Shown here: positions 8,407 to 15,813 of the stretch, piece after piece | Layout of the letters: each line of letters opens with the position of its first letter | How positions within the stretch are numbered: position 1 is the first letter of the stretch | Assembly (NCBI GenBank): GCA_965248535.1 | Contig: CBDFJR010000003.1 | Coordinates: 1-15,813 of the forward strand | Direction: 5' to 3' | Source: Phormidesmis sp. | Lineage (GTDB): Bacteria; Cyanobacteriota; Cyanobacteriia; Leptolyngbyales; Leptolyngbyaceae | DNA length: 15,813 nucleotides | Program-made: the position numbers and the translations under genes | Notes under the pieces: generated by a model | Told to the model about the DNA's origin: nothing | What the model saw: the letters and a program-made list of their open reading frames with translations, nothing else | Databases searched by the model: none

Positions 8407-8413
8407 GTATGCT
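8385..8413 (+). promoter_or_regulatory. Sigma70-type furA promoter
   Basis: TTGCAA (8385-8390), 17-bp spacer, TATGCT (8408-8413). Predicted TSS is near 8420. Confidence 0.65.
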
Positions 8414-8445
8414 ATATTCTCAAGAAAGCAAGCCTTCTTGAGAAT

Positions 8446-8907
8446 ATGAACGCTTCTGTATACACTGCCGCTTCTCTAAAAGCTGAACTGAATGAAAAAG
8501 GTTGGCGCTTAACGCCTCAGCGCGAAACCATTTTGCAGGTTTTTCAAAACTTACCTAAAGGAAACCATCTCAGCGCCGAAGATCTCTACGACGTGCTGCA
8601 AGCAGATGGGGAGGGCATTAGCCTATCGACGATCTACCGCACCCTCAAACTGATGGCAAGAATGGGAATCTTGCGGGAGCTAGAACTAGCTGAAGGGCAT
8701 AAGCATTATGAGATCAACCAACCTCACCCCTATCATCACCATCACTTAATCTGTGTTCGGTGCAGCAAAACGATCGAGTTCAAAAGCGATCCCATTCTCA
8801 AAATCGGCACGAAAGCCGCCCAGAGAGAGGGCTATCACCTCCTAGACTGCCAGTTAACGATTCATGCCGTGTGCCCGACCTGTCAGCGATCGCTGCTGCC
8901 GGGTTAG
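8446..8907 (+). CDS. furA: Ferric uptake regulator FurA
   Basis: SLKAELNEKGWRLTPQRETIL, HLSAEDLY, ISLSTIYRTLKLM, EGHKHYE, HHHHLICVRC and CPTC; very close to cyanobacterial FurA as I recall it. Confidence 0.95.
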   Translation: MNASVYTAASLKAELNEKGWRLTPQRETILQVFQNLPKGNHLSAEDLYDVLQADGEGISLSTIYRTLKLMARMGILRELELAEGHKHYEINQPHPYHHHHLICVRCSKTIEFKSDPILKIGTKAAQREGYHLLDCQLTIHAVCPTCQRSLLPG

Positions 8908-10037
8908 CGATAGGCGACTCTGGCATCTAGACCTCGCGATCGCAGCAAATTCGATTGCTTTTCGGCTTTGTCTTGGTTGGGGAAGGCCCCCGCTAAAACA
9001 TAGTCGCCGAGCTTAGAGCTGGCCTCAAACGCGCCAGGAGTAATCTGTCTGACTTTTAGCAACGTGCTCGAATCTTGTTTAGGAACGACGACGATATAGC
9101 GGTTGACAGAATCGTAGTGATTTTGAGCGGTTGCGCTTCCCAGAGCATTTAGCGTTCTCGCGTCGGCAACGCCCGTTTCGTTAAAGCGACTGTCTCGCTG
9201 AAAGCGCCGCACCGCATCGCTGGTTTGATCGCCAAAATAGCCCGTTGCCGTTCCACCAAAATAGCCAAGATTTTTGAGTCGCCGCTGAAGGTCTTCAACC
9301 TCAGAGCCACTGTCGCCGATCGCCAATTGCCGACCCGACGGATTGCTCGTATAGGGCACGGTCGCCAGAGACTGATCAAGGGCTTGGGCCACTTTAGAAC
9401 CTGCAACGCCATCGGCAATTAACCCCCGATCGCGCTGGAGTCTGACCACAGCATCTTCGGTTTGTGGCCCAAATAGGCTATCGATCGCGCCACTGTAATA
9501 GCCAGCAGAACTCAGACGACGTTGCAGATCGCTGACCGCACTGCCCCGATCGCCCTGCCGCAGCACGCCGCCATAAGCGCTGTTGTTAACCGTTTGATCG
9601 CGAGCGCCATAAGACTGAGTGCTATAGGACTGGCTGGTCTGGGTGCCTGTTGACAACACCGCTTCGGTCGCGGGCCCAACCACACCATCGGCGCTGAGTC
9701 TGTTGCGCTGCTGACACGTGATTACCCCGTCTCTGGTGAGGGGTCCAAACGTGCCTGTGACGGGGCCGCTATAGCAGCCTGCGGCGGTGAGTCGGTTTTG
9801 TAGGTCAGACACCTCAGTGCCCGTGTCACCCTGCTGCAAAAGCGCCATTGCCGAACTCGCAAGGCTCAAAATGGTTAAGCTCACCGCGATACTCAGAAAC
9901 TTGCCCCAAGCTGCACCAGATAATTTCTGCCAATTTAGCCCATCTAATAGACTCAAGTGACGGAGTTGAGCAATGGGTTGATCGGTTTCAGGCGACTCGT
10001 TAGCACAGGCTAAATGCAAGTAAGCAAGGGTTTCCAT
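8904..10037 (-). CDS. Peptidoglycan-binding protein with three PG_binding_1-type repeats and a SPOR-like C-terminus (alr1690-like)
   Basis: Likely start METLAYLHLA at ATG 10037, then a hydrophobic export segment. Three repeats of LxxGDxGxxVxDLQxRL...G.FG..T..AV..FQ.....DG.G..T. C-terminus VLAGAFPNQDKAEKQSNLLRSRGLDARV. Confidence 0.88.
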   Translation of the reverse strand: METLAYLHLACANESPETDQPIAQLRHLSLLDGLNWQKLSGAAWGKFLSIAVSLTILSLASSAMALLQQGDTGTEVSDLQNRLTAAGCYSGPVTGTFGPLTRDGVITCQQRNRLSADGVVGPATEAVLSTGTQTSQSYSTQSYGARDQTVNNSAYGGVLRQGDRGSAVSDLQRRLSSAGYYSGAIDSLFGPQTEDAVVRLQRDRGLIADGVAGSKVAQALDQSLATVPYTSNPSGRQLAIGDSGSEVEDLQRRLKNLGYFGGTATGYFGDQTSDAVRRFQRDSRFNETGVADARTLNALGSATAQNHYDSVNRYIVVVPKQDSSTLLKVRQITPGAFEASSKLGDYVLAGAFPNQDKAEKQSNLLRSRGLDARVAYR

Positions 10038-10177
10038 AGTCTTCAGGCAAGGTTTACTCAACGCGGCGAAAGTGAAAAGCTTTTTACTTTTCCTTGACAA
10101 TTATTTTAGCTTTATCACTGATAGTGTGCCTATACCGAGAGACAAAATTGCTGTTCTGACTCAGCGTTGTCTTTTGA

Positions 10178-10630
10178 TTACTGAGGGGTTTTTTCAGTGT
10201 TTCCGGCTCTCACCCACCCTTCTCGATCGCTAGATTGCACTCTGACTTTTTGCCATTCACCATCCGCGCTGGTTTCTAGCACGATTACTTTCTCGTTGTA
10301 GTCAACGCCGCCCGTCTGCCCCGACTCTCGACCCGGCGCATCTCTGAGAATTAGCCCGATCGACTGGGTGACGCGCCCTTCGTAAGCGCCCGATGGCAAG
10401 GGCTTAGGAGACGCATCCGTAATTTCCGGTTTACTAGGGGAAATTGCTTTAGCTTTAGAGGTCGCTTTATCGGCCGCCACAGCAGGCTTATCGTTGGGAT
10501 AGATGGGTTTAGACGGCGGCGTGCTCAACTTGGCAATAAAAAACTGGGCAGCTAGAAAACCACCTCCTGCTAGGATCGCGATCGCTAAAAACAAACCCGT
10601 AAAGACTTTCAGTAGACCCGACCAACTCAT
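10178..10630 (-). CDS. Membrane-anchored bacterial SH3 (SH3b) domain protein
   Basis: Likely start MSWSGLLK at ATG 10630; N-terminal TM helix, Pro/Lys-rich linker, C-terminal GLILRDAP...VIVLE...WQKVRV...EGWV. Confidence 0.85.
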   Translation of the reverse strand: MSWSGLLKVFTGLFLAIAILAGGGFLAAQFFIAKLSTPPSKPIYPNDKPAVAADKATSKAKAISPSKPEITDASPKPLPSGAYEGRVTQSIGLILRDAPGRESGQTGGVDYNEKVIVLETSADGEWQKVRVQSSDREGWVRAGNTEKTPQ

Positions 10631-10713
10631 GGCGATTTTCCAAGAACGGCAAAGCAAGCAAAATCTTAGCATCTGGTGGCCCAGACGCACCGAGAATTTT
10701 GCCGCCTTGGATT

Positions 10714-12237
10714 CTATTCGGGCTGCTGAAGCTGGCGCTGGATGCGATCGCTCAAACTGCTGTGCTTTGAGGCCATTCGCGCTTTTCCGGCTGCTGCCCA
10801 GGCTTGCAGAAAGTCAATTTGCTCTTTTGCAGTCCGGGCTAGGGGAACGATTTGACTCGCCGCTTCTAAGATGTCATCGGTTATAAAGTCGCGATTTTGG
10901 CTAAAGCCGAGGTGCATGGCCTCAACCAAGGTTTGCTCAATTTCTGCACCAGAAAAATCGGGCGTTTCGTAGGCAAGGCGTTCTAGATCATATTGCTTGA
11001 TGTTGTGAGGACGCAGACGCGACAAGTGCACCGCAAAAATGGCGCGTCGCTCCTCTTGGGTGGGCAGACCCACAAAAAAGATTTCGTCAAATCGCCCCTT
11101 ACGCAGCATCTCAGCAGGCAATGACTGAATATTATTGGCCGTGGCCACGACAAACACCGGAGACTTCTTTTCGGCTAGCCAGGTGATGAATGTGCCAAAG
11201 ACGCGGCTGGTCGTTCCGGCATCGCCTCGACTGTCTAAGCCAGCAAAGGCTTTGTCAATCTCATCAATCCACAAAATGCAGGGGGCCAGCGCCTCTGATA
11301 GCTGGATCATCTGCCGCGTCCGAGATTCTGACTCGCCGACTAAGCCTGCAAACAAACGACCGACATCCAGCCTGAGTAAAGGAAGATGCCAATGGTGGGC
11401 GATCGCTTTAGCCGTTAGAGATTTGCCTGTGCCCTGAATGCCGACTAAGAGCAGTCCTCTGGGATGGGGCAGCCCATATTGCCGCGCTCGTTCTGAAAAA
11501 GAGCCGCCGCGCCGAAACAGCCAGTCCTTGAGATTGTCCAGCCCGCCGATGTCAGAAATATTCTCAGTCGCCGGATAAAAATCTAGAATTTGGGTCTGGC
11601 GAATCGTTTGCCGCTTTTCTTCAAGAATTAAATCAACATCGTCGGGCTGTAGCTCACCGTGCAGCGCAATCGCTCGGGCCAAAACTCGTCGTATCCGCTC
11701 AGTGGATAAGCCTTGGCACGATCGCACTAATTCATCTAAGGTTTTGCCCTCCAATCGTTGCCCGGTTGCACTCAACAGCCGTTCAATCTCAGTCTTGATC
11801 TCAGCCGCGTTAGGCAGCGGAAACTCCAGCACGGTCAGCACTTCGGTCAAGTCGTCGGGGATCGAAATCTGAGGAGACAGCAAAACCAGATTTTTGGGCT
11901 GGGATTTGAGCAGCCGCGCTAAATTGCGGAGTTTACGGGACACTGAGATGTCATCTAGAAATCGATGAAAATCTCGCAGCACAAAGATCGCAGCCGCGCT
12001 AGCAGGCAATTTTTCGACCAGATCTAACGCTTGGAGCGGGTTGCGCTTTCCAAAACCGACATCGTTGGGATTGCCTTGATAGCCATCGACAAAATCCCAA
12101 ATATAGACGGCGCGATCGCCCTGACTTTTAGCACACTGCACGATCGTAGCTTCAACCCGCTCTTCTTCGCGAGTCGGAATGTAGATAATGGGGTAGCGCG
12201 CTCTTAGCAGCAGATTAAATTCGTCGCTGAAGCTCAT
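10714..12237 (-). CDS. ycf46: AAA+ ATPase, Ycf46 family
   Basis: N-terminal LLLRARYPIIYIPTREEER, DIGGLDNLK, Walker A GIQGTGKS, Walker B WIDEID, second region of homology ATAN...MLRKGRFDE. Confidence 0.9.
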   Translation of the reverse strand: MSFSDEFNLLLRARYPIIYIPTREEERVEATIVQCAKSQGDRAVYIWDFVDGYQGNPNDVGFGKRNPLQALDLVEKLPASAAAIFVLRDFHRFLDDISVSRKLRNLARLLKSQPKNLVLLSPQISIPDDLTEVLTVLEFPLPNAAEIKTEIERLLSATGQRLEGKTLDELVRSCQGLSTERIRRVLARAIALHGELQPDDVDLILEEKRQTIRQTQILDFYPATENISDIGGLDNLKDWLFRRGGSFSERARQYGLPHPRGLLLVGIQGTGKSLTAKAIAHHWHLPLLRLDVGRLFAGLVGESESRTRQMIQLSEALAPCILWIDEIDKAFAGLDSRGDAGTTSRVFGTFITWLAEKKSPVFVVATANNIQSLPAEMLRKGRFDEIFFVGLPTQEERRAIFAVHLSRLRPHNIKQYDLERLAYETPDFSGAEIEQTLVEAMHLGFSQNRDFITDDILEAASQIVPLARTAKEQIDFLQAWAAAGKARMASKHSSLSDRIQRQLQQPE

Positions 12238-12323
12238 GGCGAAGGAGGGGCAAAGGAGCAGACATCAAGCGATAAGCGTCTCTTTCTAACCCTACACTAT
12301 GCGCTGTTGTCTACAAGCCCTCT

Positions 12324-12827
12324 CTATGACGGAAGCTGACCTTTGAGCGCTTCTAACGAAGCCCAGCGGCGATCGGTGCCAGGATTCAACACTGCGTCTG
12401 AAACCTTTATGCCCGTACAGTGCTGATCGCACAACTGCTTCTGAGGAATTGCCAAGCAGACCTGCTCATAGAGCCAAGCCGTTGGTTCAAAGTTGCCATC
12501 GGGCGGCAAGCTCTCTACTAAGTCATCAACCGAGAGATCTTGGTCAAACGGCAGGTTTCCTGAATCATCTTCATGATTAGCCAGCCAGATCAACTCAGAG
12601 GCGGCAACCGACAGACGATGATTGAACTGTTGCAGACAGCGATGACAACTCAGGGTCACGATCGCATCTGCCTGAGCCGAAACCTCAAGATAACTCCCCT
12701 GGTGAGTCACCTTGAGACGGCCCTGCACAGGAGTCAGAGTCTGAATGCCTTGAAGATTTTCTTTAAACTCGATCGTTTGAGTGCGCTCGTGCGCCTGAGC
12801 CAGTTGTGGAATGTAAAGTGCTTTCAT
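12324..12827 (-). CDS. yceD: YceD/DUF177 family metal-binding protein
   Basis: Likely start MKALYIPQL at ATG 12827; CHRCL and LCDQHCTG cysteine motifs; C-terminal DRRWASLEALK. Confidence 0.88.
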   Translation of the reverse strand: MKALYIPQLAQAHERTQTIEFKENLQGIQTLTPVQGRLKVTHQGSYLEVSAQADAIVTLSCHRCLQQFNHRLSVAASELIWLANHEDDSGNLPFDQDLSVDDLVESLPPDGNFEPTAWLYEQVCLAIPQKQLCDQHCTGIKVSDAVLNPGTDRRWASLEALKGQLPS

Positions 12828-12906
12828 AGCTGGGAGCAACCCTCCTAAAACCTGAGAAGCCCGTACAGTTTCCAGTACAGGCACTCTTGATGTTTACTTT
12901 AGCAAT

Positions 12907-13416
12907 TTAGGCAGACGGTTCATCTGGCTTTGCGGGCTGAACGACCAAGCGGCGATCGGGTTCTTGCCCTCGGCTATAGGTGCTCAGATCGGCGCTGTCT
13001 TTGAGAATGGTGTGAATCTGTCGCCGCTCGGCTGAAGAGAGTGACTTGATTTCATACTCTTTGCCCGATTGCCGAACTTGCTCGGCCGCCTGTTCTGCGA
13101 TTTCTAGAAGCTCTTGCTGGCGGCGTTGACGATAGCCCGCTAGCTCGATCGTGTAAGCGCCCTGCTGGTCGTCTTGTTTGCCCAGATTGAGCGTAGAGTT
13201 GGCTAGATATTGAATCGAGTCTAGGGCGGCTCCTTGAGTGCCGATCAGTGCTTCTATCTGATCTGGCGTTAAAGCAGAGTCCGCGATCGTCAGCCAGCAA
13301 CTCGTCTCAGAAAAGGTGTCCCTCATTTCAGCCGTGACAGGTGCAGACAAATTTGCCAGCTTTAAAAATTCCTCTAGCCACTGCTGACCTCGTTGCTCAA
13401 AGGGACGATCGCTCAT
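12907..13416 (-). CDS. jag: Jag/KhpB-type RNA-binding protein (KH plus R3H)
   Basis: KH GxxG in ALIGTQGAALDSIQYL; R3H motif SSAERRQIH; SRGQEPDRRLVV. Sits downstream of yidC, the usual context. Confidence 0.92.
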   Translation of the reverse strand: MSDRPFEQRGQQWLEEFLKLANLSAPVTAEMRDTFSETSCWLTIADSALTPDQIEALIGTQGAALDSIQYLANSTLNLGKQDDQQGAYTIELAGYRQRRQQELLEIAEQAAEQVRQSGKEYEIKSLSSAERRQIHTILKDSADLSTYSRGQEPDRRLVVQPAKPDEPSA

Positions 13417-13425
13417 GGTGTCTTT

Positions 13426-14568
13426 CTAAGCCTTCTTTTTGCGACCGGGTTCAAAGGGTAGGGTAGTATCTTCAGCTTTTGCGTCTCCAGTTTTGGCCGC
13501 TTCAGCATCGACGATCTTTTGCAGATTTTCGGGCAGCGGCTCTCTCGACAAAAAGAAGGTCTGAGCCGTTTGGAAAATGTTGCCAATGACCATATACATC
13601 AACACGCCAGCAGGCAGAGGAAAGAACAAGAACATCCCAGAGAAAATCACTGGCGTAATCTTATTCACCGTATCTTGCTGGGGGTTGCCGCTAGAACCAC
13701 TTTGCCCAGAGAGCAGTTGGTTAATATAGAGACTGATGCCAAAGAAGATCACCATGCCGATGATGTCCCAGTGCAGGGCCCCATCGGGATCGATCGCCCC
13801 CACTCGCCCCAAGGCATCAATAAACAGAAACCCTTTGTTGGCGGCCAACCCAGGAACAATTGCCTGAAGGGTAACATCTCCGGGCTGAAGGGCTTCGATC
13901 GTGCCGTCGTCTTTAATCTGAATCCGTTCGGCCCCGCTCACGACTTTGAATTTAGGAGTCAAGTCGCTGTCAGGGTATTCCGTCGCCAGAGCGTCAAAGG
14001 GCTTTCCCTCAACGGTTTGAAACTCAATTTTGGTTTTCTCACCTACCGCGAGACGAGTGCCACTCGGTGCAACGGCTGCGATTTTGGTGTGAACGCTGTC
14101 AGACAAATAAATGTTTTGAGGCGGCGTTACAAAAGCTTGGGGCTGAACTTGCTCAATCTGCTCTTTGGGCAAAATCTGCAAGTTCACCGAGTAAGGCACA
14201 TCTGAAAAGGGTGACCCGCGCAGTGTCGCAAACAGCGCAAACAGCACTGGCATTTGCATCACCACAGGCAAGCACCCTGCTAGTGGATTGCCAAACTCCT
14301 TATAAACCGCGCTCATCTCTTGCTGCTGCTTGGCGGGGTCGTCTTTGTAGCGCTCTTGAATCTCTTTCACCCGTTTCTGCATTGCGGGTTGAGATACCTT
14401 CATGCGGCGCATACTGCGAATAGAGCCAGCGCTGAGTGGGTAAAGCGCAAAGCGAATTACCAAGGTCAGTGCCACGATCGCCAAACCGTAGCTAGGCACG
14501 ATTCCATAGAAGAAATCGATGATCGGCAGCATTACGTTGTTGGAAAGAAAGCTTATACCGAAGTCCAT
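13426..14568 (-). CDS. yidC: Membrane protein insertase YidC (cyanobacterial type)
   Basis: [56 protein letters not shown]. Confidence 0.97.
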   Translation of the reverse strand: MDFGISFLSNNVMLPIIDFFYGIVPSYGLAIVALTLVIRFALYPLSAGSIRSMRRMKVSQPAMQKRVKEIQERYKDDPAKQQQEMSAVYKEFGNPLAGCLPVVMQMPVLFALFATLRGSPFSDVPYSVNLQILPKEQIEQVQPQAFVTPPQNIYLSDSVHTKIAAVAPSGTRLAVGEKTKIEFQTVEGKPFDALATEYPDSDLTPKFKVVSGAERIQIKDDGTIEALQPGDVTLQAIVPGLAANKGFLFIDALGRVGAIDPDGALHWDIIGMVIFFGISLYINQLLSGQSGSSGNPQQDTVNKITPVIFSGMFLFFPLPAGVLMYMVIGNIFQTAQTFFLSREPLPENLQKIVDAEAAKTGDAKAEDTTLPFEPGRKKKA

Positions 14569-14731
14569 TCGCCTTACGTCTCTACCTAGAAGTCTGAGTT
14601 TGCTGAATTAGTTTGTTTGTCAAGCGCACCGCTTTGAGTGGGCAGCCTGACAGAACAAGTCCCAGTGTAGCCTGTAGTTTGATCGTTAAACGATCGAGAA
14701 CTTTGCTAGAAGGGTGGGATAACCGAATGGC

Positions 14732-15130
14732 TCAACCCTGTGTTCCTAGCGCACCGCTGGCTTTTTTGGCTCGCTCAGAGAGCCGCTCATTGATGAAGTC
14801 ATAGAGTTCTCTAAATTTGGGAACTGAACGCATCTCAATGCGGCTGCCGTCGCGCAGGGTGAGCACCATGTCTCCCCACATGCCAAGCCCACGGGGAACC
14901 GTGACCACTTTTGTGATGTCGGAGTAGATGATTTCGACGCGATCGCGCCCCATCCAACCGCCCGTCACCCCGATCCGCCGATCAGTAATACGATAGCGAA
15001 GCCAGAGCGCCCGGACAAAGGCTCCGATCGTCAACGGCAAACAGATCACCGTCGGTGCCAGAAGTACGCCAATAATTAGATCCCCAATGTGGGGCCCGCC
15101 TTCATAATAGACTTCTTCTTTAATGGCCAT
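14732..15130 (-). CDS. Bacterial PH-domain membrane protein
   Basis: Short TM segment, then LRYRITDRRI, IYSDITKV, WGDMVLTLRDG. Lies between rnpA and yidC as usual in cyanobacteria; overlaps the rnpA 3' end by 11 nt. Confidence 0.85.
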   Translation of the reverse strand: MAIKEEVYYEGGPHIGDLIIGVLLAPTVICLPLTIGAFVRALWLRYRITDRRIGVTGGWMGRDRVEIIYSDITKVVTVPRGLGMWGDMVLTLRDGSRIEMRSVPKFRELYDFINERLSERAKKASGALGTQG

Positions 15131-15524
15131 TTAATACCTCAGCGTCTAGCAATAACTGCTCTAATTCTTGCAGAAATTGAAAATAATCGCACTCTACAGC
15201 TTGAGGTCGCACGATAATCACGAGTTTCCAACCAGCGGTGAGGCGAGGTAAGAGGTGTCGCAATGCCGCTCGAATTTGTCGCTTAATGCGATTGCGAACG
15301 ACTGCACGCTTACTCACTTTCAAACTGATCGAAATGCCGATCTGAGAAGGAGCCTGGGAGTTTAGCTCTAAGAGTCCCTCCGGCGCGCGAGACTTTTTGG
15401 CAAAAATCTTTGAACTGTGCAAGGCTCTCAGCGTCAAATTGGCTGAGTTGCGACGCAGCCCCTGCTGGTAGACCCGGCTAAAATCTTTTCGATGCTTTAG
15501 TCGATTGGGTTTTGACAGTGCCAA
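15120..15524 (-). CDS. rnpA: Ribonuclease P protein component
   Basis: Likely TTG start at 15524 (MALSKPNRLKHRKDF) with GAGG upstream; RNR motif KVSKRAVVRNRIKRQIR. Confidence 0.95.
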   Translation of the reverse strand: MALSKPNRLKHRKDFSRVYQQGLRRNSANLTLRALHSSKIFAKKSRAPEGLLELNSQAPSQIGISISLKVSKRAVVRNRIKRQIRAALRHLLPRLTAGWKLVIIVRPQAVECDYFQFLQELEQLLLDAEVLNGH

Positions 15525-15569
15525 AGCAAACCTCACCTGGCACGATCGCCGCTAGACCGCTCAAGCTTT

Positions 15570-15713
15570 TTAGCCTGAAACGGTTAACCGAGCGCGTCCT
15601 TTCTTACGACGAGCAGTGATCACTCTGCGCCCGGTTGCCGTCCGCATCCGAGCGCGAAAGCCAGACTTTCTTCGTCTTTTACGGCTGGTTCCTTCTAAAG
15701 TTCGCTTGGTCAT
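15570..15713 (-). CDS. rpmH: 50S ribosomal protein L34, 47 aa
   Basis: [43 protein letters not shown] from ATG 15713. Confidence 0.97.
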   Translation of the reverse strand: MTKRTLEGTSRKRRRKSGFRARMRTATGRRVITARRKKGRARLTVSG

Positions 15714-15772
15714 GGTGGTGTTGTTCTCGCTAGTGAGAGGTGAAAAAGACCGTGGAAAAGCCACAGTCTACA

Positions 15773-15781
15773 AATATAGCA
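15773..15781 (-). promoter_or_regulatory. Candidate extended -10 promoter of the rpmH operon
   Basis: Minus strand TG-C-TATATT about 60 nt upstream of the rpmH ATG. Confidence 0.5.
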
Positions 15782-15813
15782 CTATGTTTAGGCGCTAGAG
15801 TTGGCCAACATTG

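Noticed and set aside
10094..10127. + strand TTGACA as the -35 of an antisense promoter into the SH3 gene
   Set aside because: No acceptable -10 at 16-18 bp spacing.
13519..14205. 228-aa + strand ORF
   Set aside because: Antisense shadow of yidC with no recognisable motifs. The same applies to the other short ORFs nested in or opposite the called genes.
14569..14731. 163-bp gap before yidC containing GATCGT-TAA-ACGATC and a TTGACA
   Set aside because: The stem is short and made of HIP1-like cores, and the TTGACA has no matching -10. Probably a plain internal promoter or leader.
10178..15713. rpmH-rnpA-PH-yidC-jag-yceD-ycf46-SH3 cluster, lacking yidD, as a novel system
   Set aside because: This is the usual cyanobacterial form of the locus. 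The short YidC, the Jag without an N-terminal domain and the RnpA insertion also fit cyanobacterial norms as I recall them.

Overview
Cyanobacterial chromosomal window made mostly of housekeeping genes. The evidence for a cyanobacterium is at least 17 HIP1 octamers (GCGATCGC) plus cyanobacterial-type SigC, FurA, NatB, Ycf46 and YidC. Order: mraY 3' end, tRNA-Ser(GCT) with terminator, natB-type amino-acid-binding lipoprotein, a convergent TPR gene, a 552-bp intergenic region, a conserved hypothetical gene, a Chi-type GST, tRNA-Pro(CGG), lipA-gpsA, sigC, furA. On the minus strand follow rpmH-rnpA-PH-domain gene-yidC-jag-yceD-ycf46-SH3 gene and a peptidoglycan-binding gene that meets furA tail-to-tail. 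I see no mobile element, CRISPR array, defence system or biosynthetic cluster, and I cannot support a new multi-gene system. The best leads are regulatory: a perfect cyanobacterial LexA box at the GST promoter; a compact terminator/promoter/Fur-box/hairpin module before furA; a stop-codon overlap implying antisense transcription over furA; a GGAG-rich hairpin cluster that may be an sRNA; and a terminator-like hairpin in the rpmH leader. All gene calls come from motif recognition, not database searches.
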